Below are positions 1 to 9,784 of a stretch of 40,312 nt of DNA, one piece after another. The position numbers and the translations under genes were made by a program. The notes below the pieces were generated by a model. It worked only from the letters and a program-made list of their open reading frames with translations, ran no database searches and had not been told where the DNA came from. Position 1 is the first letter of the stretch. The number at the start of each line of letters is the position of its first letter. Source of the DNA: Macrostomum lignano (lineage: Eukaryota); NCBI GenBank assembly GCA_002269645.1, contig NIVC01000647.1:495322-535633 (forward strand). The letters are read 5' to 3'.

Positions 1-965
1 TGAAGCCCTGATTAAGAATCGCCCCTGAAGTCCCTGTCAATAATCGCCCATGAAGTCCCCGGTCAAGAATCGCCCCTGAAGTCCCGGTCAATAATCACCC
101 CTGAAAGCCCCGGTCAAGAATCGCCCCTAAAGCCCTCATTAAGAATCGCCCCTGAAGTCCTCAATAAGAATCGCCCCTAAAGCTCTCATTAAGAATCGCC
201 CCTGAAGCTCTCATTAAGAATCGCCCCTGAAGCTCTCATTAAGAATCGCCCCTGAAGCCCTCATTAAAAATCGCCCCTGAAGCTCTCATTAAGAATCGCC
301 CTGAAGTCCTCATTAAGAATCGCTCCTGAAGCTCTCATTAAGAATCGCCCCTGAAGCCCTCATTAAGAATCGCCCCTGAAGCTCTCATTAAGAATCGCCC
401 CTGAAGCCCTCATTAAGAATCGCCCCTGAAGCTCTCATTAAGAATCGCCCTGAAGTCCTCATTAAGAATCGCCCTGAAGCTCTCATTAAGAATCGCACCT
501 AAAGCCCTCATTAAGAATCGCCCCTGAAGCTCTCATTAAGAATCGCCCTGAAGTCCTCATTAAGAATCGCCCCTGAAGCTCTCATTAAGAATCGCCCCTG
601 AAGCCCTCATTAAGAATCGCCCCTGAAGCTCTCATTAAGAATCGCCCCTGAAGCCCTCATTAAGAATCGCCCCTGAAGCTCTCATTAAGAATCGCCCTGA
701 AGCTCTCATTAAGAATCGCCCCTGAAGCCCTCATTAAGAATCGCCCCTGAAGCTCTCATTAAGAATCGCCCCTGAAGCTCTCATTAAGAATCGCCCTGAA
801 GCTCTCATTAAGAATCGCCCCTGAAGCCTCATTAAAAATCGCCCCAGAAGCTCTCATTAAGAATCGCCCCTGAAGCCCTCATTAAGAATCGCCCCTGAAG
901 CTCTCATTAAGAATCGCCCTGAAGCTCTCATTAAGAATCGCCCCTGAAGCCCTCATTAAGAATCG
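1..965. repeat. Minisatellite, 25-bp unit AAGAATCGCCCCTGAAGC(C/T)CTCATT, about 39 copies, in the CKAP5 intron upstream of the first visible exon (runs off the window start)
   Basis: Read directly. CTCT and CCCT variants often alternate; units in the first 120 bp are diverged; some units have 1-bp deletions in the C run. Confidence 0.97.
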
Positions 966-1069
966 TCCTTAAAGAATCGGTTTTAAGACCTCGGCGAAAA
1001 TTTGCCTCTGAAACACTAATTAAGAAGCTACAAAACTTCACCCGTCGCCATGGCAACCCAAATCCGCAG

Positions 1070-1660
1070 GTGAACAAGATGCGCGAGCAGCGCCTATCTG
1101 ACGAGAAGAAGCGCAAGGTGCTGCGCTGGGATTTCAGTGGCGGCCAGCCCGAACGCGACCACATTCAGCAGCTGCAACGCCAAATGACTGACGCCGGATT
1201 CAGCAGCGAACTACTCGGCCAGCTGTTCCATCAGGACTTCAGACAGCACATCAAAGCTATCGAGAGTCTGTCAGCCTATCTGGACAATGGCGGCGACGAT
1301 GCTGCCGAAGGTCACAGGTGCAACGTTGACCTCATATTGAAGTGGTCCGCTGCTCGATTCTACGATACTAATCCCAGCATGGTGATGCGATGCTTAGAGT
1401 ATCTGAATCGCCTGTTCCAAGTGATGATGGACAGAGAATGGCTGCTCAACGACAGCGATGCCCAGGCATTCTTTCCGCATCTGTTGATTAAATTGGGCGA
1501 GCCGAAAGATGTCATCAGGCGCGACGTGAAATCGCTGTTTGGCAAAGCTAATCGAGTCTATCCAGCCAGCAAGCTGTTTCTGTACTTTATGGACGGATTA
1601 GCCGCTAAGAGTGCCAAGCAGAGGCAGGAGTGTCTGGACGAGTTGGGAAAAATTATACAG
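1070..1660 (+). CDS. CKAP5: CKAP5/ch-TOG/XMAP215 (Msps) internal exon encoding most of TOG5
   Basis: Acceptor ccgcag|G at 1069/1070 and donor CAG|gtgagt at 1660/1661; 591 nt, phase 0/0. Translation KVLRWDF...DLILKWSAARFYDTNPS...LIKLGEPKDVIRRDV...VYPASKLF...KSAKQRQECLDELG matches the ch-TOG motifs I recall (KVLKWNF, DLILKWLTLRFFDTN, VGEPKDVIRKDV, VYPASKMF, KNSKQRAECLEELG). Confidence 0.96.
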
Positions 1661-1678
1661 GTGAGTTTTTCCATGTTA

Positions 1679-2390
1679 TTTAAGGGCCGATTCGGAGGGA
1701 ATTTAATGAAGGATTCTGAGGGAATTTAAGGGCCGATTATAAGGGAATTAAAGGGCCGATTCTGAGGGAATTTAATGACCGATTCTGAGGGAATTTAAGG
1801 GCCGATTATAAGGGAATTAAAGGGCCGATTCTGAGGGAATTTAATGACCGATTCTAAGGGAATTAAGGACCGATTCTGAGGGAATTTAAGGGCCAATTCT
1901 GAGGGAATTTAAGGGCCGATTCTAAGGGAATTTAAGGGCCGATTCTGAGAGAATTTAATGACCGATTCTGAGGGAATTTAAGGACCGATTCTGAGGGAAT
2001 TTAAGGGCCGATTCTGAGGGAATTTAATGACCGATTCTAAGGGAATTTAAGGACCGATTATGAGGGAATTTAAAGGCCGAAAGGGCCGATTCTGAGAGAA
2101 TTTGGGGGCCGATTATGAGGGAATTTGAGGGCCGATTCTGAGGGAATTCGAGGGCCGATTCTGAGGGAATTCGAGGGCCGATTCTGAGGGAATTCGAGGG
2201 CCGATTCTGAGGGAATTCGAGGGCCGATTCTGAGGGAATTCGAGGGCCGATTCTGAGGGAATTTGAGGGGCGATTCTGAGGGAATTCGAGGGCCGATTCT
2301 GAGGGAATTCGAGGGCCGATTCTGAGGGAATTTAAGGGCCGATTCTCAGAGTTTTTAAGTTCCAATTCTAAGGGCCGATTCTGAGGGAAT
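1679..2390. repeat. Intronic minisatellite, 23-bp unit GAGGGCCGATTCTGAGGGAATT(C/T), about 31 copies
   Basis: Read directly; fills almost the whole 1661-2443 intron; its reverse complement resembles the 1-965 unit. Confidence 0.96.
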
Positions 2391-2443
2391 CAGCTAACTA
2401 ACTTTAACTAACTACCCAGCCATCCGCCATCACCCGGCCGCAG

Positions 2444-2997
2444 GTGCAAGGCATCGGTGTCTGCCAGCCCACGCCAGCACAGGCGATGAAAGCCATCGCC
2501 AAACAGATTGGCGACCGAGACAATAGCGTACGCAACGCCGCTCTCAACACTCTGTTAGTAGCCTATCGGTTCATTGGCGAGCCGCTGCTGAAAATGGTCG
2601 AACCAATGCAAGAGAAAGATCGCAGCATGCTGGAGGAGCGGATACGCAGGCAGGGCTCCAGTGGCGGCGCTCTGTCCGGTTCAACTGCCGACATTCCGGC
2701 ATCGTCGGCTAGAGAATCGACGCCGCCAAAATCTAGCGGGGTTGGCTCGAATTCTGCGACAACAAGCCGACCTGGGACTGCGCCGTCAGCGTCGGCTGCG
2801 CCTGCTCAGGTGAATTCAGCGACAATCACCCGACGCGGAGGTGGCGGCGGCGGAGGTGGTGGCGGAAGCGGCGGCGGCATGTTTCAGCTGGAAGCGCCGG
2901 AACTGGACCCGATGCCAGTTGTGCCAGGCGACTCCGAGTACGACATGAACGCCGAGGAAGAGGAGATGAATCGGCCGGTTGAGTTTCCCAAGTTGGC
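2444..2997 (+). CDS. CKAP5: CKAP5 exon: end of TOG5 plus Ser/Gly-rich linker
   Basis: Acceptor ggccgcag|GTG (phase 0), donor GC|gtgagt (phase 2). VCQPTP...IGDRDNSVRNAALNT...EKDRSMLEERIRR matches the ch-TOG motifs VCQPTP, IGDRDNAVRNAALNT, EKDMSMLEERIKR. Confidence 0.95.
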
Positions 2998-3149
2998 GTG
3001 AGTTTGGCGAGAATTTTCTTTCACATGGGAACTGTCTAATTAGGAGCGCAGACACTTCGACGGGGTCGAAAAATTTCACATGCGGCCCGCATTTGAAATA
3101 TCCGGCCTTTGGGTCCTTTGAAACTCGATCTACGCAGGGGAAGAACACG

Positions 3150-3896
3150 AACAGAGAGAAATAGAAACAGGGGACAGGAACAAGGAAGCACAGGAACAGG
3201 AGAGCACAGGAACGGGGGAGAACAGAAACAGGGGAGAACAGGAACAGGGAAGCATAGGAACAGGGGAGAAAAGGAACAGGGGAGCACAGGAACAGGGGAG
3301 AACAGGAACAGGGGAGAACAGGCACAGGAAGCACAGGAACAGGGGAGAAAAGGAACAGGGAAGCATAGGAACAGGGGAGAACAGCAACAGGGAAGCACAG
3401 GAACAGGGGAGAACAGCAACAGGGAAGCACAGGAACAGGGGAGAACAGCAACAGGGAAGCACAGGAACAGGAAAGCATAGGAACAGGGGAAAAAAGGAAC
3501 AGGGAAGCACAGGAACAGGGGAGAACAGGCACAGGAAGCACAGTAACAGGAAAGCACAGGAACAGGGGAGAACAGGAACAGGGAAGCATAGGAACAGGGG
3601 AGAAAAGGAACAGGGAAGCACAGGAACAGGGGAGAACAGGAACAGGGAAGCATAAAAACAGGGAAGCATAGGAACAGGGGAGAAAAGGAACAGGGAAGCA
3701 CAGGAACAGGGGAGAACAGCAACAGGGGAGAACAGCAACAGGGAAGCACAGGAACAGGGGAGAACAGCAACAGGGAAGCACAGGAACAGGAAAGCATAGG
3801 AACAGGGGAAAAAAGGAACAGGGAAGCACAGGAAAAGGGGAGAACAGGCACAGGAAGCACAGGAACAAGGAAGCATAGGAACAGGGAGAACAGGAA
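3150..3896. repeat. Purine-rich intronic minisatellite, alternating 16-bp units AGGAACAGGGAAGCAC / AGGAACAGGGGAGAAC, about 46 copies
   Basis: Read directly; source of the Cys/Pro/Leu-rich minus-strand ORFs. Confidence 0.94.
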
Positions 3897-4009
3897 AATT
3901 AACAAACCGGAAAGGTCTTACAGTGGGGACAAAGAATCATGAGTGAGAACCCATGTCTGACTGGAATGCATAAAGCTTTGTACCTGGCAATGCATGTCTC
4001 CTACAACAG

Positions 4010-4358
4010 GCGCAAACCGGCCGAGGAAGACCTGACACTGAAGAGCAGTCCAGACGCTTTCACGGCTATCACTCACGTCATCACCCAGGTGTCATCTACA
4101 GATTCCAAGCTAGTCTGTTCAGCTGTTCGTCAACTAATCGAAGTAATGCTAGACGAAGATCGCTGCAAATTGCTCAGCGGTCACGTGGATCCCATCCTGC
4201 TAGCCGTGACCAATCAGATCAGCTTGAACACTGAGCCAGCAGATCCTGTTGGCACTCTCGATCTGCTGAGATCGTTGCTCTATTGTCTGTCTACCGTGTT
4301 TCACGTGGCCGTCTTGGCTAAGTGCGCCAGCAAAGACCGGCTCAAGTCTGTGTTTCAG
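4010..4358 (+). CDS. CKAP5: CKAP5 exon: start of the cryptic TOG6-like helical domain
   Basis: Acceptor caacag|G in phase 2 joins the upstream GC to give GCG; donor CAG|gtatgc in phase 0. AITHVITQVSSTD...LLSGHVDPILLA...LAKCASKDRLK aligns by eye with ch-TOG TINFIISQVASGD...AMSGHIDQFLIA...LAREASTGVLK. Confidence 0.9.
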
Positions 4359-4410
4359 GTATGCAATGCAAGCATTTTTGGGTGATGATGACAGGCTTAG
4401 TTCTTTTTGA

Positions 4411-4909
4411 AAGATAAGGATGGGAAGCTGAGGTGCTCAGGGATGAAGATGGGAACTGAGGTGCTCAGGGATGAAGATTGGAAGCTGAGGTGCTCAGGGA
4501 TGAAGATGGGAACTGAGGTGCTCAGGGATGAAGATTGGAAGCTGAGGTGCTCAGGGATGAAGATAGGGGAAGCTGAGGGGCTCAGGGATGAATATAGGGG
4601 AAGCTGAGGTGCTCAGGGATGAAGATAGGGGAAGCTGAGGTGCTCAAGGATAAAGATTGGAAGCTGAGGTGCTCAGGGATGAATATAGGGGAAGCTGAGG
4701 GGCTCAGGGATGAATATAGGGGAAGCTGAGGTGCTCAGGGATGAAGATATGGGAAGCTGAGGTGCTCAGGGATGAATATAGGGGAAGCTGAGGTGCTCAG
4801 GGATGAAGATATGGGAAGCTGAGGTGCTCAGGGATGAAGATAGTTGGAAGCTGAGGTGCTCAAGGATGAAGATGGGAAACGGAGGTGCTCAGGAATGAAG
4901 ATTGGGAAG
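4411..4909. repeat. Intronic minisatellite, 30-32-bp unit GGAAGCTGAGGTGCTCAGGGATGAAGAT(N), about 16 copies
   Basis: Read directly; each unit carries a CTGAG-GTG-CTCAG mini-hairpin. Confidence 0.94.
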
Positions 4910-4943
4910 ACAGGAAGAAAATCTCCTTCACTCCCTCCTCCAG

Positions 4944-5339
4944 TCGGCCATATCCCTGGTGATCTCGGACTCGCTGACCCGGCTGGACCCGTCTGACGCG
5001 GATCACGTGAACCGCACTGTGAACCAGCTATGCGCCAGCGTCATCGCCAACGCCGATCGCACCCGGGTGCTGCTCAGCCTGCTCCGCTCCCTCTACGAAT
5101 GCGTGGATCGAGTCGGTTTCTCCCAGCTATTCACTGAGCTGAACATCAAATGCCTCTGGCGAATCACTCGCGAACTAGACAAACACGTGGCCGAATACGA
5201 TTGGGACTCCGTACTGGCTGAGTGCAACGCCTTTCTAACCAGCTTCCCCTTGGAGAGCTGGCAGCAGCCTGACGGCGACGCCCCTCTGCGGGCGGTCACC
5301 AATCTGCTGCATAAGCTGTGCCAGCTGAAGGGCCGAGAT
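4944..5339 (+). CDS. CKAP5: CKAP5 exon: remainder of the TOG6-like domain
   Basis: Pyrimidine tract plus cag|TCG (phase 0), donor GAT|gtgagt (phase 0). FTELNIKCLWRITR...FP...PLRAVTNLLHKLCQLKG matches ch-TOG FSELVMKCLWRMVR...PIRTLKTLLHTLCKLKG. Confidence 0.93.
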
Positions 5340-5473
5340 GTGAGTGGGGGGTGACGGCTGGGAGGGGGCGGTGAGGGCTAGTGGGGTTTTTTTACTGTCG
5401 GTATGTTGCGTAAATTAATTATTAGCAGTAGTTAAAGAGACCCATTAGACTAATATTAGGGTGAGAGAGAAAA

Positions 5474-5660
5474 GTGAGATTAGACGGATATAAAAAAGAT
5501 TCGACAGATACGAAGCTGAGACTTAACGGATTGGAGGGTGAGATTAGACAGATTGGAGGGTGAGATTCGACGGATTGGAGGGTGAGATTAGACGGATTGA
5601 AGAGTGAGATCGGATGGATTTGAGGTTGAGAATGGATGGATTGAGCAGCGTGAGATTAGA
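5474..5660. repeat. Degenerate intronic minisatellite, about 22-bp unit GATTGGAGGGTGAGATTAGACG
   Basis: About 4 clean copies (5527-5620) with decayed copies on both sides. Confidence 0.75.
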
Positions 5661-5786
5661 GAGGCAGGTCGCATATCAAAGCTCACACACAGGTCACTAG
5701 CAAGAAGCCCATCAGTTATTGAGCAACCTGTAACCCAGGCAACTGCAATCGCGCACACTGCAAAACAACTCTGTTTACATCTCCAG

Positions 5787-6680
5787 GTGACTCACCACCT
5801 GACTCAGATACCGAACTGTCAAGACTCGCAGGTGGCTGCCTATCTGGCCCGCTGCCTTCGCAGCCTGCCTCATCAGCCTCAGCAGCCTCATCAGCAGCCT
5901 CAGCAGCAACGCCAGCAGCAGTCACAGCCAGCGCCCCAGCTGGGCCGGTCAGCCAAGCACGAGAAGCTGGTTGAAATATTCAAAAAGATCGGCTCCAAAG
6001 AGAATACTCGCGAGGGCCTCAACGAGCTTTACGACTTTAAGCAGGCTAATCCGGACACGGATTTGAAGCCGTATCTAAGCAAGGCTAGCGCATTTTTCAA
6101 TCGCTATATTGAGCAGGGATTGCGCAGTATTGAGAAGGAACGGCTACGAGCCGCTGAGCAGCAGCAGCAACAGCAGCAGGCTGTGTCAGCCCTGATGTCA
6201 ACAGGCGGCCAGCTGCCAAAGGGCAGTGGAGGTCAGCTGGCTTCGGAGATGCTGGCTAAGCTGCGCGAGTTCGAGCGGACTCACCTGTTGAATCACAGCC
6301 AACCGGATCAGCTGACAGTTGGCGCTGCCGGCGCCCGGCTGCCCACTGCTCAGGAGATGCTGGATTCGTTGAAGAAGTTCCAGTCTAGCTATCTGACACA
6401 GGCGGATCAGCTGAGCTCGCAGCAGTCTGGTCAGCAACACCAGCAGCAGCAGCAGCAACTGCAGTCGCAACAGTCAACAAATTCGGATGACAATCAGCAG
6501 CTTCAACAACAGCAGCCAACTGTGAGCAGTCGGCATCTGTCGGCGCCATCCCCAGATGCTTCCTCGGCGGCCGCTGGTCGGCAACAGTCGGGCGGCCAGG
6601 TGTCCGCGCAGGATCTCATGGATTTGAAGGCCCGATTGGATCGGGTGAAGCGGGGCTCTCAGCAGGCTGTTAGAAAGTAG
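5787..6680 (+). CDS. CKAP5: CKAP5 terminal coding exon (C-terminal helical domain, polyQ tracts, terminal helix, stop TAG)
   Basis: Acceptor ctccag|GTG in phase 0. [23 protein letters not shown]...[13 protein letters not shown] and the terminal [10 protein letters not shown] match ch-TOG [23 protein letters not shown]...YVERGLRVIEMER and DLKKRLERIK. The five exons total 2784 nt, one open frame of 927 aa plus stop. Confidence 0.95.
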   Translation: [297 protein letters not shown]

Positions 6681-6789
6681 GCGCTTGCGTTTTTGCATGG
6701 ACTATTAAATATTTGTCTATGTTCCACTCTTCCGTTGGTTTTCTTCGGTGTCCCAAGACTGTCAGTGTGTTTTATAGTAACTCTTTGAT

Positions 6790-7685
6790 TGTCTGATTCC
6801 ATTCTGACAGGAATCTTAGAGATTGTCCGACCCCATCCTGACAGGAATCTTAGAATTGTCTGACCCCATCCTGACAGGAATCTTAGGATTGTCTGACCCC
6901 ATCCTGACAGGAATCTTAGGATTGTCCGACCCCATCCTGACAGGAATCTTAGGATTGTCTGACCCCATAATGACAGCAATCTTTCAGTCATCTGACCCCA
7001 TCCTGACAAGAAGATTTCAGTCATCTGACCCCATCCTGACAAGAAGATTTCAGTCATCTGACCCCATCCTGACAAGAATCTTTCAGTCATCTGACCCCAT
7101 CCTGACAAGAATCTTTCAGTCATCTGACCCCATCCTGACAAGAATCTTTCAGTCATCTGACCCCATCCTGACAAGAATCTTTCAGTCATCTGACCACATC
7201 CTGACAGGAATCTTTCAGTCATCTGACCCCATCCTGACAGGAATCTTTCAGTCATCTGACCCCATCCTGACAAGAAACCTTCGACATCCTGACCGGAATC
7301 TTTCAGTCATCTGACCCCATCCTGACAGGAATCTTTCAGTCATCTGACCCCATCCTGACAGGAATCTTTCAGTCATCTGACCCCATCCTGACAAGAATCT
7401 TTTAGTCATCTGACCACATCCTGACAGGAATCTTTCAGTCATCTGACCCCATCCTGACAGGAATCTTTCAGTCATCTGACCCCATCCTGACAGGAATCTT
7501 TCAGTCATCTGACCCATCCTGACAAGAATCTTTCAGTCATCTGACCCCATCCTGACGGGAATCTTTCAGTCATCTGACCCCATCCTGACAGGAATCTTTC
7601 AGTCATCTGAGCCCATCCTGACAAGAATCCCGAGGTCCTCTGACCCCAGTCTGACATGAGTTCTGACACTATCTGACCCAGTCTA
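6790..7685. repeat. Minisatellite, 33-bp unit TCTGACCCCATCCTGACAGGAATCTTTCAGTCA, about 27 copies, starting about 110 bp after the CKAP5 stop
   Basis: Read directly; a 5' sub-block (...TTAGGATTG...) gives way to a 3' sub-block (...TTTCAGTCA...). Confidence 0.95.
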
Positions 7686-7744
7686 ACAAACTTAACGCTT
7701 AATTTCTACACGAATTTGATATAGTTTGTTTGCATTCAGCTTGT

Positions 7745-7750
7745 AATAAA
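7745..7750 (+). terminator. Candidate distal polyadenylation signal AATAAA for CKAP5 (proximal alternative ATTAAA at 6704-6709)
   Basis: First AATAAA I found after the stop codon, followed by T-rich sequence; use is unproven. Confidence 0.35.
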
Positions 7751-8989
7751 TTTTGATTCAATTTTTCATCCATGCATACACACCACACTACTTATCTCTG
7801 TTATTAGTAGTACACGTAGCGAATTATCAAATCCATAAGCCACTGTTTGTGTTGCTGTGCAAAAAACCCTTTAGTATAATTGCTTCCAGTTGCTCTATCA
7901 GACAATGACAGAATTGCCTGTGTCGGTGCGGTTGTGTGCTTTTTAATGTCAATATGTACTTTTATTAGTCCCAGCCGCGCTTTGATTGCCTTCAATTATC
8001 AGTGCATGTTTTTATGATACATTTATATATATGCAAATGTACCTGTAACCTCCCTTAACCAGCTGAGCCGGCTTGTCTAGCTACTTCTTGCGTGTACATA
8101 CCCTACTACTACTACTGCTGGCACTGATATAGTAGTATCATAAGCATCATAATTGCTTGCTTGACAAAAACTTTTTTTAAACACAAATTTTCACATAAGT
8201 TGCCAGACTTTAAATAATAAAATTATTTATAAATCATAATTCAGCTTCAGTATTTTATGGCGCACCTTCCTCAGCACCCCCTCATCGGGAAGTTCACCCG
8301 CTTAGCCTTAATTAATCAGTTAATCGGTTTGGACTTTATTTTTTCATTGTTCTTAATCAGTTATTAATAAATGTGTTTATTTTCCTAAACGCTTTCCTAT
8401 CTCAGCTGCATTTAGTTGTCAAGTTGAAATTATTTGCTGTATGTCATCCTAAATAGTCGTAAATATCTCTTTGTTTCTTTATTACTCAGCCACAGAAGTT
8501 TCAACGCACGGCCTTCATTTGTTTTATTCAATTCTAGTTGCTATGCGTTGCTTTGCCTGTTTTAATCCGGTTTTATATTGTTTTAATTCTACCTGGCGCA
8601 CCTGTCTGTTCCAGACTCTCTAAACCTTCATCAGTAGTCTGTTTGCTTTGACATTTCTCTCAATTTTATTTTTTTATTTTGAAACACTATAATATATAAC
8701 TAAAGCTTCCATTTCCAGGCCTTGGCTGTCCGAATGTCCCAGCTTGTACCCTTTGTATTGTTTCATCGCGTGTGCATATATTGCTCTATTATTATTATAA
8801 TTACTATTATTAAAAAATGCCGACAAAAGGAAAAATTTTCAATTATTTTTTTCGGAAACAAAACAACCTGTGTGTGTGTGTTAAGTTCCTTTTTTCATTG
8901 ACTGAAAATTTGCGGAACTAGTATTATTGTTGTTTGTCATTTATTTGATTTTGATTTATATAGAGCTTCGTGGACCGTCAATGGCCCGT

Positions 8990-9186
8990 CAATGTACATT
9001 CAGAGTGGGGTGTTGGAATTTCCCGTGAATGTACATTCAGAGTGGGGTGTTGGAATTTCCCGTGAATGTACATTCAGAGTGGGGTGTTGGAATTTCCCGT
9101 GAATGTACATTCAGAGTGGGGTGTTGGAATTTCCCGTGAATGTACATTCAGAGTGGGTGTTGGAATTTCCCGCCAATGTACATTCG
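8990..9186. repeat. Tandem repeat, 37-bp unit GAATGTACATTCAGAGTGGGGTGTTGGAATTTCCCGT, about 5.3 copies
   Basis: Read directly; contains the 12-bp palindrome GAATGTACATTC. Confidence 0.95.
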
Positions 9187-9784
9187 GTGTCAGGAATAAA
9201 AGAATATATTTAAACAAAAATGTTTGCATTTACAGAGTGGATTTAAGAAATAATTGCTTTCCCTATTTAAACGGGAATTCAACATTACCAATCGGATAAA
9301 GTGCGCACAATCATATTCGGCTACTTGCAGTAGGCGGGTACGGTTGAATGGAACTGATCAGTGATCAGATGTCCAAAATTTCTTTTAATTATTCGCTAAA
9401 ATATGACATCGAATCCGTGTGAGCACTGCAGTCAGGTCTAAATCTCGCTAATGCGCTCCGCCTCCACAGTTTGGTCGGAAATTAATTTTTTTAATTCCCT
9501 AGCTATATCCCCGCTCTTCTAATCCTTCTGGGCGGCTGCCCATAGGACTTGAGGCTTTGGATTTTTAATCAGCGCAGAGTCATGGGATCAGAGCTGTTTG
9601 AGGCGTCAAAGAATTCCGGCAATTACAGCTGGCAGGTATCGGATGGCGGCTAATCTACCGAGTAATCTTTCGGATTGGATTGCGATCGGAGACTAAGAAG
9701 AGTTCGCATGCAATGCGTTTGCTTGTTTGAGCACGATTTTTCTTTATTGCCTATGCATGCATATTGCAGGTACTCTCTTCTCTA

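Noticed and set aside
2816-3905. Cys-rich minus-strand ORFs resembling keratin-associated or metallothionein proteins
   Set aside because: Antisense to a purine-rich intronic array of CKAP5.
1070-5604. ORF-track starts at 1070, 2444, 3939, 4902 and 5604 as separate genes
   Set aside because: They are internal CKAP5 exons; the apparent starts are splice acceptors or intronic read-through.
9582-9635. Possible mini-exon MGSELFEASKNSGNYSWQ with AG and GT borders
   Set aside because: No partner exons or homology recognised.
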